Source: an uncultured Lachnospiraceae bacterium
Lineage (GTDB): Bacteria > Bacillota > Clostridia > Lachnospirales > Lachnospiraceae
NCBI GenBank assembly: GCA_945919795.1
Contig: CAMEJJ010000014.1
Coordinates: 4,440 to 68,439, forward strand
Direction of reading: 5' to 3'
DNA length: 64,000 bases
In this document: piece after piece, positions 16,088 through 25,952 of the stretch
Layout of the letters: each line of letters begins with the position of its first letter
Numbering within the stretch: the stretch's first letter is position 1
Position numbers and translations under genes: made by a program
Notes under the pieces: generated by a model
Databases searched by the model: none
What the model was told of the DNA's origin: nothing
The model's input: only the letters and a program-made list of their open reading frames with translations

Positions 16088-18085
16088 ATGCAAATTCCAG
16101 AAGTTATTAAAACAATATCTATTGACCTTGAAACATATTCAAGTGTTCCAATCAAAAACGGTGTGTATCCTTATGCAGAATCCTCCGATTCGGAAATCCT
16201 GCTGTTTGCCTACTCCATCAACAGTGAACCTGTCATTGTAATTGATGTGGCAAATGGCGAAGTAATCCCGGATTATATTCTCAGAGCACTTACGGATGAT
16301 ACCGTGGAAAAATGGGCATTCAATGCTGCTTTTGAAAGAATATTCTTATCCTATTGGCTTAAACGAAATCACCCGGAGTATTTTAAATTCTACAGTATCC
16401 CAGAAGATTCCGTTGGCAACTATCTCGACCCTTCATCATGGAAATGCTCTATGATATGGTCTGCCTACATGGGGCTACCACTCTCTCTTGAAGGTGTTGG
16501 TGCTGTTCTTGGTCTTGAAGAACAGAAACTCAAAGAAGGCAAAGACCTCATCCGTTACTTCTGTGTTCCATGTAAACCCACAAAAGCCAACGGTGGAAGA
16601 ACAAGAAATATGCCCTCTGATGCACCTGAAAAATGGGAACTCTTCAAGAAATATAATAAAAGGGATGTCGAGGTCGAAATGTCCATTCAGCATAAATTAT
16701 CCCGTTTTCCTGTGCCGGATAGTGTGTGGGATGAATACCATATAGACCAGGAAATCAATGACCGTGGCATTATGCTTGATATGGATGTTGTAAAAAACGC
16801 AATCAAATTTGATGCTTTCAGCAAAGCAAGACTTATAGGAACATTAAAAGATAAGACAGAACTTGAGAACCCTAATTCTGTAGTACAGATGAAGGACTGG
16901 CTCTCATCAAAGGGTATCGAAACAGACTCCCTTGATAAGAAAGCCATTGTAGATTTACTAAAAACTGTACCGTCTGATGTTGCAGACGTACTTAAACTCC
17001 GTCAGCAGCTTGCCAAGTCATCCGTTAAGAAATATCAGGCAATGGAAGGTTCTGTTTGTGCCGATGGTCGTGCAAGAGGTATGTTTCAGTTCTACGGTGC
17101 AAACAGGTCGGGAAGATGGGCTGGACGCATAATTCAGTTGCAGAACCTTCCACAGAACCATATGCCTGATTTGGAAGAAGCCCGAGACATTGTCAAATCC
17201 GGTGATTATGAATTTATGAATATCCTTTATGATGATGTTCCCGATGCACTCTCCCAGCTTATCCGTACAGCATTTATTCCAAAACCGGGATACAAATTCT
17301 GTGTAGCTGACTTCTCAGCCATTGAAGCGAGGGTCATTGCATTTTTAGCAAAGGAAAACTGGCGAATGGAAGTCTTCAGAAATAATGGAGATATCTACTG
17401 TGCGTCAGCCAGTGCAATGTTCCATGTCCCTGTTGAAAAGCATGGGCAGAACGCTCACCTTCGTCAAAAAGGCAAGATTGCAGAATTAGCACTCGGCTAT
17501 GGTGGATCCGTTGGAGCCCTTACAAGTATGGGGGCTTTGGATATGGGACTTACTGAAGAAGAGTTACAGCCTCTTGTAAATTCATGGAGGTCAGCCAATC
17601 CTAATATTGTCCAGTTATGGTGGGATGTTGACGATGCTGTAAAGATGGCAATAAAGCAGAGAACTGCCACTGAAACCCACGGTATCAGATTTGTGTATCA
17701 GAGTGGAATGTTGTTCATTGCTCTTCCATCCGGCAGAAGGCTCTGCTATGTGAAACCTAAGATTGGCGAGAACAAGTTTGGTGGCGAATCGGTCACCTAC
17801 GAAGGTGTCGGAACAAATAAAAAATGGGAACGCATCGAATCATATGGTCCCAAGTTTGTGGAAAATATCGTGCAGGCAATCAGCCGGGATATTTTGTGCC
17901 ATGCTATGCGTACCCTCTCCCATTGTTTTATTGTTGGTCATGTACATGACGAACTCATCATTGAGACTCCTATGGACACAGACCTTACGGCTATCTGCGA
18001 ACAGATGGGAAGAACTCCTGAATGGATTGACGGATTGTTCTTAAGAGCAGACGGCTACGAAACAAATTTTTATAAGAAAGATTAA
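16088..18085 (+). CDS. Family A DNA polymerase with 3'-5' exonuclease domain
   Basis: Exo I SIDLETYS, pol motif A VADFSAIEARV, motif B KGKIAELALGYGG, motif C VGHVHDELIIE. Confidence 0.9.
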   Translation: MQIPEVIKTISIDLETYSSVPIKNGVYPYAESSDSEILLFAYSINSEPVIVIDVANGEVIPDYILRALTDDTVEKWAFNAAFERIFLSYWLKRNHPEYFKFYSIPEDSVGNYLDPSSWKCSMIWSAYMGLPLSLEGVGAVLGLEEQKLKEGKDLIRYFCVPCKPTKANGGRTRNMPSDAPEKWELFKKYNKRDVEVEMSIQHKLSRFPVPDSVWDEYHIDQEINDRGIMLDMDVVKNAIKFDAFSKARLIGTLKDKTELENPNSVVQMKDWLSSKGIETDSLDKKAIVDLLKTVPSDVADVLKLRQQLAKSSVKKYQAMEGSVCADGRARGMFQFYGANRSGRWAGRIIQLQNLPQNHMPDLEEARDIVKSGDYEFMNILYDDVPDALSQLIRTAFIPKPGYKFCVADFSAIEARVIAFLAKENWRMEVFRNNGDIYCASASAMFHVPVEKHGQNAHLRQKGKIAELALGYGGSVGALTSMGALDMGLTEEELQPLVNSWRSANPNIVQLWWDVDDAVKMAIKQRTATETHGIRFVYQSGMLFIALPSGRRLCYVKPKIGENKFGGESVTYEGVGTNKKWERIESYGPKFVENIVQAISRDILCHAMRTLSHCFIVGHVHDELIIETPMDTDLTAICEQMGRTPEWIDGLFLRADGYETNFYKKD

Positions 18086-18091
18086 AGACAA

Positions 18092-18133
18092 GAACCCCAA
18101 TGGCATCGTGCTACCATCGGGGTTCCTTTTTTT
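18092..18133. terminator. Hairpin terminator between convergent PolA and regulator genes
   Basis: GAACCCCAATGG-loop-CCATCGGGGTTC followed by CTTTTTTT on the plus strand. Confidence 0.7.
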
Positions 18134-18689
18134 ACTTATAATCTTTTAATTTTTCACTAAGTTCTTTCATTGCACTATCCTTACGGTCTCTCAAAGTTCT
18201 TCTTGAGATACCAAGTTCTTCTGCAACTTCACGCTGTGACTCTCTGTTGGCTACCATCTTGCAAGCACGGAGTTTTTCGTCTGTAAGCTCGTCCAACGCA
18301 TTTGTAAGAGCATTAATCACGGTCTTGTATGCGATAATTTCCTCTGGATTATTGGTATCATCCTTTGCATCATATCCGTTTTCGACCAACACATCATAAG
18401 ATGATTCGTACTCTTCCTGTGATGCTTTTGCACGTGCAGCCTTTTTTTCCCAATTATTATATGTACGATTCATCAAGTCTGCATATTCCTGTGTATCAGC
18501 ATTAAATACAGCGTAATAATGTTTCATGCGACCAGGAAGTGCAATATGTGCTACTGGCACATCATTTCTCTTATAAAACTTTATTGTTTCCTCATCACCA
18601 TCATCAATTGGTACGAAGTAAGGATGTGGATAATTAAGAGTTGAAGGGTTAACAGTTGCTACATTACTTAAATTTACATTCTTTGCCAT
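18132..18689 (-). CDS. Sigma-70 region-4-like HTH regulator
   Basis: Trimmed to MAKNVNLSNV. C-terminus LTDEKLRACKMVANRESQREVAEELGISRRTLRDRKDSAMKEL. Confidence 0.65.
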   Translation of the reverse strand: MAKNVNLSNVATVNPSTLNYPHPYFVPIDDGDEETIKFYKRNDVPVAHIALPGRMKHYYAVFNADTQEYADLMNRTYNNWEKKAARAKASQEEYESSYDVLVENGYDAKDDTNNPEEIIAYKTVINALTNALDELTDEKLRACKMVANRESQREVAEELGISRRTLRDRKDSAMKELSEKLKDYK

Positions 18690-19247
18690 AATTTGTCCTC
18701 TTTCCGCCTTTGCAACCGCAATGGGCGAGGACAATTCGTCTGATGGCACGACAACAAGACGAGACACCATAAAATTTTTGAAATACCCTTTATCGGTAAA
18801 TCATCAATTTTATGTATCCTCGCCCAATGTCGGCCGCCATTTGGCTTAAAATATTTTTTTATGAACACATTTGGGTGTTCAGATGGCATCACAGATTACT
18901 GTGAAGTCATCTCAAAATCCAAAGTGTTAGCTGCTTGTATTTGTATATTCTCCTTTAACTTTTCAACTTCACATGAAATTACACACAGTCAAATGGAGAA
19001 TAATATAAAAAAGACTTTTTATGGTTCATGGCTCATATTAGCCATAAATGTTTCATAGTTAGGAATCTTTACAATCATAAATTGAATATCATCAACCAAA
19101 AGAGCATCTATGATTGTCCGTTTTTCAGAAGCATCCTTGTAAGTGTAAGCTAGTCAATCACTTGCATAAGATGTGTTTTGCTTTTCTGTAATTTCATTTT
19201 ATCTTGGATTTGAAATAACACCATGAAGTGGGACTTTAAGCCAAAAA

Positions 19248-19306
19248 AGGCACAAAAAATAAGGGCTCCCACGATTTTGTTATTTTTCAAAATCGTGAGA
19301 GCCCTT
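19248..19306 (-). terminator. Rho-independent terminator after the ImmA/IrrE-HTH gene
   Basis: 19-bp stem AAGGGCTC(C/T)CACGATTTTG / CAAAATCGTG(A/G)GAGCCCTT, followed on the minus strand by ATTTTTTGTG. Confidence 0.8.
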
Positions 19307-19354
19307 ATAGTTTCGTTCCAAACTTAAAGTCGCACTTTAAAAATTTCTTATTTT

Positions 19355-21250
19355 TTAACAAGGTAATTGTAAATTTACATGAGCATCATCAATCTTTCTC
19401 TGCCACTCTTCGACAGAATCATCTGGATGCCCCCATATAAGCTGTTTGATAAAGAATGTGGCTTGATTCCACTTTCCATCAAAGCCTGCTTTTGAAAGAA
19501 GATCCTCAAAAAACACAGGATGCAAACATAATGCCTTACATACAGCCACAACATTTGCATACTTTCTATCGGCACCATTATCATTAATATATTTGCTTAA
19601 TGTCTGAACAGATAGGTGGCATCTGCCACTTAATTCTTCTTCATTTACATCCAGACGTTTCATGTGATATTTTAATGTTCCACCAAAACTAGCAGGAAGT
19701 TCACCCATAATATCCGACAAATCCCCAGAAACATTTGCTATCTGCTCTAAGTTTTTACATCTTTCGCTCCTGCTCTGATTGTCTTTATGTTCAGGATTAT
19801 AACTGGCTTCAATAAATGTATCCGAAACAACATCCCTGCATAAGAAGCATCTACGATAAAAGGTGTCACTGTACTGCTGACTTGCACTTATTTTTCTATC
19901 AAAAATGAAACAGCACTCATCTACGTGTTCCAACGCATATTCAGTAAGGATAAGCATTCCCTGTTCATTTGTTTCTATATATTCAGGTGCATTTATACAT
20001 ATCATGCTGTTCGCATAGACGATTTTATTCTCAAAGAAAAACTGCCTTAACACAGGATCCATGAACATCACATACAATGCATTCTGCTCATCAATCACAA
20101 ATGTTTGGTTTTTCCCAATAGCATCTTTCTTAAATGCAAAAGGTGGTAGATATCGACCTTCTGTATATACAAAAGTTCCCTGCACTTTCTCATACCCAAG
20201 TTCTATCAATCTTAACTTAGCTGCGAAAATAGATACCCGAAAATAATCAGCTACTCGTTCTACTGTTTCCTGCACCAATTCAGCATATCGTCTCTGAGGA
20301 TTTGCTGTATATAAATCCGCCAAAACCTTATCATATACACGCTTTGTCATCTTTGCAGGCATAAGGATTCTCGGTGCTAACTGGTTAGCCTGCCACTCCA
20401 TCCATTTGATTGATGGCGCATCATCTGGAATGCCTTCATATGTATCAACGATTTCACAAGAAATATGGTTACAATCACCTGTCAACAGCTTTTGCAATTC
20501 AAATGCCTTACGATGCCTGTCCCAATGAACACATTCATGTATGATGGTGTTGTTGGCAGTTCCAACATTACGCATAAAATATACATTGGGATTTATAAGC
20601 ATTGTTCCCGGCTGAGTCATAATTTCAACTTTTTCTTTAAGTGTATTATCCGTATAAACAGTTACTTTTTCTATACCAAAGTATGTCTTTCCAAACACAG
20701 TGTCTCCCAATGGAGCATAATACACACTCATTCCCATGCTCTGTGCCACTTCAAATACTGGCAATGCCATCGGCTGCAATAATGCTTTTTGATAATGTCT
20801 GCTCAAAAAATCTTCAGCGTTTTTCTCAACAGCATCTTCATACAAATACGGGACAAGATCCTGGCTCAAGCTTTTGTCCTTTTCAAACTTTGCCGGATTA
20901 TACTCCTCCGCATTTGTAATTCTTACCTGCTGCAGTCCGTTTTCAAGTTTGGCACTAAAGAATATATTATATGAACCATTATCAGCTATTTCGTCATATC
21001 CGTATCTTGTTTTTCCCTTCACAGAGATATCTGCATCCACAGAAACTCTTATTTCCAATAATCCGTCATCTTGCTCTTTGAAGGTAACACCGCTGACATG
21101 AATATCATCTGGTTCTGCATATGAAACCGAATAAACAATATCACTTTCAAAGGAATCTTTGTGCGCAATGACCATGCCTTTAACCCTGTTAAAGATTTCA
21201 TCATAATACACATCTTCCATATATTCCTTGAAGTTATTATATTTTTTCAT
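19355..21250 (-). CDS. ImmA/IrrE (M78) zinc metallopeptidase fused to a C-terminal XRE-type HTH, with extra N-terminal and middle domains (631 aa)
   Basis: HEXXH in NNTIIHECVHWDRH, downstream MEWQANQLAPRILMP (typical E..AN.FA..LLMP), and a C-terminal HTH LKYHMKRLDVNEEELSGRCHLSVQTLSKYIN. A candidate extended -10 promoter TGATATAAT lies on the minus strand at 21301..21310. Confidence 0.75.
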   Translation of the reverse strand: MKKYNNFKEYMEDVYYDEIFNRVKGMVIAHKDSFESDIVYSVSYAEPDDIHVSGVTFKEQDDGLLEIRVSVDADISVKGKTRYGYDEIADNGSYNIFFSAKLENGLQQVRITNAEEYNPAKFEKDKSLSQDLVPYLYEDAVEKNAEDFLSRHYQKALLQPMALPVFEVAQSMGMSVYYAPLGDTVFGKTYFGIEKVTVYTDNTLKEKVEIMTQPGTMLINPNVYFMRNVGTANNTIIHECVHWDRHRKAFELQKLLTGDCNHISCEIVDTYEGIPDDAPSIKWMEWQANQLAPRILMPAKMTKRVYDKVLADLYTANPQRRYAELVQETVERVADYFRVSIFAAKLRLIELGYEKVQGTFVYTEGRYLPPFAFKKDAIGKNQTFVIDEQNALYVMFMDPVLRQFFFENKIVYANSMICINAPEYIETNEQGMLILTEYALEHVDECCFIFDRKISASQQYSDTFYRRCFLCRDVVSDTFIEASYNPEHKDNQSRSERCKNLEQIANVSGDLSDIMGELPASFGGTLKYHMKRLDVNEEELSGRCHLSVQTLSKYINDNGADRKYANVVAVCKALCLHPVFFEDLLSKAGFDGKWNQATFFIKQLIWGHPDDSVEEWQRKIDDAHVNLQLPC

Positions 21251-21318
21251 GTAACGGCACCCCCTTTAGCAAAAATAAACTTCATATGCTCACTTTACAA
21301 TATTATATCACTGAATAT

Positions 21319-21963
21319 TTATTTGAACGGTGAAAAATATCCAGGAAAATCTTCAATTGACATATTATACTTTTGTAAAATTCCTTCTGTACTGTACATT
21401 TTAGAATTATCGTAATTCAAGAAAAAATCATCACTGCACAAATCTAATGGTGTACCAGTCCAATAATATAATGCTAATGCCAATATACTAATCGTCTTTA
21501 TTTTTATTCCCAGTATATTATATACATCGGTAATTACATTCCAATAATCCGTTCGATGATTTGGAAGATCCCAGCAAACAACAAGTGGTACTATTTTGTT
21601 CACATCTTCACCTTTTCTACAATGCACGACAGCATAGTCATCTAAAAGATTTCTAGGTGCATCCAAAATTTCTGTAGAAGGTATTTCTATCTCTGTAACA
21701 ACTTTGTATTCTGGAAATGTTATAGTTGCATCAAATCGTTCACTATTATCACCTTTGCGCGGGAAATAAACATCTCCTCCTAAACCAGAAAACAATAAAT
21801 TAATCAACTCATTTTCTCCATTAGGAGCTAATTTAACTGTAGATATTGACTTACGCAATTTTTCCAGTTTATCCGTTAAACTCAAGTCATTATTAACAAT
21901 TAATTCTATTTCTGAGACATTTGCCGATTTCGCACTGTCTTGTATACTTTCAAATATTCTCAA
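21319..21963 (-). CDS. Small subunit of a two-subunit type IIS restriction endonuclease (paralog of the large-subunit catalytic domain)
   Basis: ELINLLFSG..RFDATITFPEYKVVTEIEIPS and DLPNHRTDYWNVITDVYNILGIKIKTISILAL align by eye with the large-subunit segments DLIGYIFN..RYDVMIPDDDYSIPVEVKS and KLPNDRSDVYKLIEEVYETYKINIAILDMNTL. There is a 14-nt overlap with the upstream gene. Confidence 0.6.
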   Translation of the reverse strand: MRIFESIQDSAKSANVSEIELIVNNDLSLTDKLEKLRKSISTVKLAPNGENELINLLFSGLGGDVYFPRKGDNSERFDATITFPEYKVVTEIEIPSTEILDAPRNLLDDYAVVHCRKGEDVNKIVPLVVCWDLPNHRTDYWNVITDVYNILGIKIKTISILALALYYWTGTPLDLCSDDFFLNYDNSKMYSTEGILQKYNMSIEDFPGYFSPFK

Positions 21964-23644
21964 ATCTAATTACACCTCTTTTTCCTATAAATTCAGAGAC
22001 ATCATAATATGTTTTATTCTGAGCACAATAAAAAGACGCCCTAATAAGTGTGTTCATGTCCAATATTGCAATGTTGATTTTATAAGTTTCATATACCTCC
22101 TCAATCAACTTGTAAACATCAGATCTGTCATTCGGTAATTTATAACCACAAGCAAAAGAACTCACATCAAAAGTGGTTTTATATGGTTTTCTTGCTAACA
22201 ATAATACTTTATTTTCTGTTGCCTGACGGATTGCCTTTACAGATAACATTTCTTCCTCAGTTGGCGATTTTACCTCAACTGGTATTGAATAATCGTCATC
22301 AGGAATCATAACATCATATCTCATATTATTATTTCCCGCTGAAGGAGCAAAAGCAGGTCTGTTAAAAATATAACCTATTAAATCTGCTACTAGCGGATAA
22401 AATTCTGTTTGTTTCATATTTACAATGTCATTCATAAATCTATTAATAGCATTATTTAAATTACCTCTTTCACTTGCGATTCTCTTCAACAGCATTTTGT
22501 TTATCTGTTCATTCTTTGACATTTTAGACTCTTTTGCTTCTACAAATGCTTCTGATTTAGATGACAAAATATTTATGTTTGTATCAACTTCTGTATTTCT
22601 ATGCTCTGTTCCTGTTTGCAAAGCATTATTAGGTAACACAATTTCCAATTCTGACCCAGAAAAATATTGATATGGCGAAAAAATAATGTCCATCTTCCCC
22701 TCTGTAGCAAGCATTTTTTGTAATTCCGAATCGTATTTTTTTATTTCCTCATCAACATCAAAATCTGCTCTTCTAAACATACATAATAAAGATAATTCTG
22801 ATATAATCTTTGTTTCCGGGTCGTTTATATCAAGAGTATCTCCTTTAATTACAAGAGAATTTTTTATCTGATCTACAACTCTTTTTCCCTTTTCGGTCAG
22901 AATTAGAAATGGACTTGATTTCCCATATAATTTCAAATTTTTCTTTTCAAACCATCCAGTAAACTCTAATGCTGAATTCACAAATCTAGTAAGATTCCTT
23001 ACAGAATTTGCCTGCATATCATTTAAGTCCGCTAATTTTTCTATTTCATCATTTAATGAATTCATATTTTTTGTTGCTCTTAGCTTTTTTAAATAAGAAA
23101 TTTTATTCTTCTTTTCATTTTCTGAATATCCATCTAACAAATTCATAGCACCTAGCAAAATCTCATCCCTATGAATTTTTCCATCTAATTGCTCTGCAAA
23201 TAATAACATATTTACAAATGGTCTGTTTCTATCTGGAAATTTCACATTTAAAATATGATTCTGATATTCCACGCCTAACAAACATTGTTCAAAGAGAGAT
23301 TTAGATCCACTCCCAGAAAGAGCGACATGAAGTCCTAAATATGTAAAATTAAAATTTAGTGCCTTTTTCCCAGATGTTATCCATCCCAAAATGCGAAACC
23401 ACTCAGAATAACTTTTGGCTTGCATTTTCATAGATTTTCTTGAATCATCTTTAACCAAATATGATCTTCTAAGTGCTTCATCTCCAGTATACCCTGATGA
23501 ACTAGCAATTTTCTCTCTTGCAAAGAATTCTGCAATATTATCAAGATCAAAATAATCCATATTTGAAAATTCAATATACATCTTTTTAAAGTTTTCAATA
23601 AACACATTTATATCAGAAACCGGATTTCTAAAACGAATCATCAA
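21950..23644 (-). CDS. AlwI/N.BstNBI/BspD6I-family type IIS restriction (nicking) endonuclease, large subunit
   Basis: 564 aa. PD-(D/E)XK region AGNNNMRYDVMIPDDDYSIPVEVKS resembles the AGNQPDMEII..GEVTTSK region of N.BstNBI as I recall it. It lies directly downstream of two MTase genes. Confidence 0.6.
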   Translation of the reverse strand: MMIRFRNPVSDINVFIENFKKMYIEFSNMDYFDLDNIAEFFAREKIASSSGYTGDEALRRSYLVKDDSRKSMKMQAKSYSEWFRILGWITSGKKALNFNFTYLGLHVALSGSGSKSLFEQCLLGVEYQNHILNVKFPDRNRPFVNMLLFAEQLDGKIHRDEILLGAMNLLDGYSENEKKNKISYLKKLRATKNMNSLNDEIEKLADLNDMQANSVRNLTRFVNSALEFTGWFEKKNLKLYGKSSPFLILTEKGKRVVDQIKNSLVIKGDTLDINDPETKIISELSLLCMFRRADFDVDEEIKKYDSELQKMLATEGKMDIIFSPYQYFSGSELEIVLPNNALQTGTEHRNTEVDTNINILSSKSEAFVEAKESKMSKNEQINKMLLKRIASERGNLNNAINRFMNDIVNMKQTEFYPLVADLIGYIFNRPAFAPSAGNNNMRYDVMIPDDDYSIPVEVKSPTEEEMLSVKAIRQATENKVLLLARKPYKTTFDVSSFACGYKLPNDRSDVYKLIEEVYETYKINIAILDMNTLIRASFYCAQNKTYYDVSEFIGKRGVIRFENI

Positions 23645-23751
23645 TATTCCTCCTTTTTGTACGAGATAGACACCTCGTCATTTTTCATAACGGGTGTCAT
23701 CTTCTTATTTTTATTATATTCAATACTTACAAGTGATGGCATAAATGCGTT

Positions 23752-24564
23752 TTAAATCTTTGAAAGCCTTTCATTTGCGACATCACACCAACGTTGTTCC
23801 AATTCAATCCCTACCCATTTAATATGGTGTCCCTGCTTATTGAGTTTTTCGCAACATACGCCTAATGTTCCAGAACCATGGAACGGATCCAATATTGTAC
23901 CTTCATATAAGCCATCATTATTTTTAGGACAATAAGCTTTTATTAATTCTGTAATTAGAGCCTCTGGTTTTTGTGTAGGGTGTTCTGTTTTTTCTTTAGC
24001 ATAAGCTTTTCCAGCTAATGTAGGAAAAGCCCACACATCACCTCTCATAGCTCCATTAGGGTTTGGTGTCCACATTTTTTTCTCACCATTCTTCCCCTTA
24101 TAATACACTGGTGTCTTTAGTCTTTCTGTACTTTTATATGGCACTCTTACATCATCAACATTATATGTCCATTTCGATTTAGCCTTCGAAAACCATAAAA
24201 ATGGTTCATACTGAGTCAATGGAGCCTTTGAACTTCTTGAGAATCCATTTTCGTAATACCAGATATTCATTCTTCTATAATATAATCCTGCATTATACAT
24301 TATTGTTTGAATAAAACCTATATAATGATGAATTCCAAACCAAAGAATACTTCCTGTTGGAGTCAATAATTCTTTACAAAGCTCTATCCTTCTTTGCGTA
24401 ACCTTTAAGAAATCATCCAATTCCAACTTATCACTGTCATTTCCAAAATCTTTATTCAAATTATATGGGGGGTCTGTGCATATTAAATCAAACTGCAATC
24501 CCTCATCAACAAATTTCTGTAATATTTCATCACTGTTGCCTCTAATAACACAATTATAATCCAT
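23752..24564 (-). CDS. DNA methyltransferase, beta class, DPPY motif (probably N6-adenine)
   Basis: CTDPPYNL near the N-terminus, EHPTQKPEAL, and LDPFHGSGTLG near the C-terminus (PF01555 order). Confidence 0.85.
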   Translation of the reverse strand: MDYNCVIRGNSDEILQKFVDEGLQFDLICTDPPYNLNKDFGNDSDKLELDDFLKVTQRRIELCKELLTPTGSILWFGIHHYIGFIQTIMYNAGLYYRRMNIWYYENGFSRSSKAPLTQYEPFLWFSKAKSKWTYNVDDVRVPYKSTERLKTPVYYKGKNGEKKMWTPNPNGAMRGDVWAFPTLAGKAYAKEKTEHPTQKPEALITELIKAYCPKNNDGLYEGTILDPFHGSGTLGVCCEKLNKQGHHIKWVGIELEQRWCDVANERLSKI

Positions 24565-24566
24565 TT

Positions 24567-25673
24567 TTACTTCTTTCCTTGCTTCTCTTTTTTTAATATC
24601 AAAACATACTGGTGATGTATATTTTCTACATATGCGAATGGGTATCCATAAGGTAACAAACTCTTATGGTTTTGGAGAAGAATCTTTGTCCCCTGTAATT
24701 TTAGGATTCCTCCCTCCGGTATTTCCGCCTTATTTAATTCATGTATTAAATCGCTATGAAAACTAATGTAGTCAGATTTATCTCTGAAATCTGAAACAAC
24801 AATTGCCATATACTTTCCATATTTTAAGGTTCTTGCACATTGTAAAAAAATTTTATTCACCAATATATCAATGAACTGGTCGTAATTTTCAACATTTCCT
24901 AAATCTTTTTCGCTCTCAGAATATTTTGTTTCTAGATTATTAGCCACTCTGTTCTTCTTAACTTTCTGATCCTGTTTATTTAGTATGCCCCAGTATGGAG
25001 GACTCGTTACCACAAAATCTATTGACTCAGTAGGTATTTTTATAAGTTCATCGCATGAATCACCATTTATAAAATTATGTTTTTCACTTGTTCCTTGTCC
25101 TACTTCTTCTTCAAGTCGCTTTATTGATAATTCATGCCAAACTGGTGATAATTCTATACTAGTACATTTTCGTCCATTTATCTCACAAGCTTTTGCTGTT
25201 GAACCCACTCCTCCAAATGGATCTAACACCATCATCCCACGTTTAGTAAAGAAATTTACTAGATGTCCAATATCTTGAAACGAATATGGCGCCGGATGCA
25301 ATTTTTCAATTTGTGCTTCAGGATGGTTTGCACCAAGTCCTTTCTGATAGAAAAAGCTTTTTGTTTCCGGCAACCAGTCCTTCCCTGTCAAATCATTCAG
25401 ATTATTCCTTGGATCCACCGTTCCATTTGCTAATTCATCATATCTATCAGTTTTCATGAATTTTTTTATGTCATCTACATTGTATAATTTTTTCTTCTCA
25501 TCATAAACTGGACTTAACAAACCTTCTTGTATTACTTTTTCAAAATTATGTCGAGATATTTCTAAAATTTTCATAGCCTTTGCTGCACTAACTAATATCT
25601 CGTCATTATTTTCTATTTTAGTCTCATTATCATCAAATGATAATTCTAATTGATTATTCACATTAGCCTCCAT
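24567..25673 (-). CDS. DNA methyltransferase with SPPY motif (probably N4-cytosine), permuted motif order, N-terminal HTH-like extension
   Basis: HPAPYSFQD and LDPFGGVGST precede VVTSPPYWG. The N-terminal ~100 aa include SAAKAMKILEISRHNFEKVIQEGLL. Confidence 0.8.
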   Translation of the reverse strand: MEANVNNQLELSFDDNETKIENNDEILVSAAKAMKILEISRHNFEKVIQEGLLSPVYDEKKKLYNVDDIKKFMKTDRYDELANGTVDPRNNLNDLTGKDWLPETKSFFYQKGLGANHPEAQIEKLHPAPYSFQDIGHLVNFFTKRGMMVLDPFGGVGSTAKACEINGRKCTSIELSPVWHELSIKRLEEEVGQGTSEKHNFINGDSCDELIKIPTESIDFVVTSPPYWGILNKQDQKVKKNRVANNLETKYSESEKDLGNVENYDQFIDILVNKIFLQCARTLKYGKYMAIVVSDFRDKSDYISFHSDLIHELNKAEIPEGGILKLQGTKILLQNHKSLLPYGYPFAYVENIHHQYVLILKKEKQGKK

Positions 25674-25688
25674 TCTGTTACCCCTAAT

Positions 25689-25895
25689 TTACTTTTCATC
25701 AATAAATTCCATTACATCTCCAATATTGCAGTGTAAAGCTTTACATACTTTTTCAATTGTATCCATCGAAACAGCCTCATTTTTTCCAAGCTTTGCAACT
25801 GCATTCGTACTAATCCCTGCTTTTTCTTTTAGCTGAGTCTTATTCAAGTTTTGATCAATCATTCTTTTCCATAACTTATTGTAACTAATTAACAC
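25689..25895 (-). CDS. XRE/Cro-C1-type HTH protein, candidate R-M controller (C) protein
   Basis: ISYNKLWKRMIDQNLNKTQLKEKAGISTNAVAKLGKNEAVSMDTIEKVCKALHC. I prefer the GTG start at 25895 (AGGAGG 10 nt upstream); an alternative ATG lies at 25925. Confidence 0.65.
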   Translation of the reverse strand: MLISYNKLWKRMIDQNLNKTQLKEKAGISTNAVAKLGKNEAVSMDTIEKVCKALHCNIGDVMEFIDEK

Positions 25896-25952
25896 GGAAT
25901 TATATCCTCCTTGAATCCTCTTCATTATTTTTATTATACTCCTTTTCTATAT

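Noticed and set aside
18674-19058. ORFs 18674..18892 (-) and 18861..19058 (+)
   Set aside because: The first is an out-of-frame extension over the regulator start region. The second is Cys/Ser/Ile-rich with no RBS.
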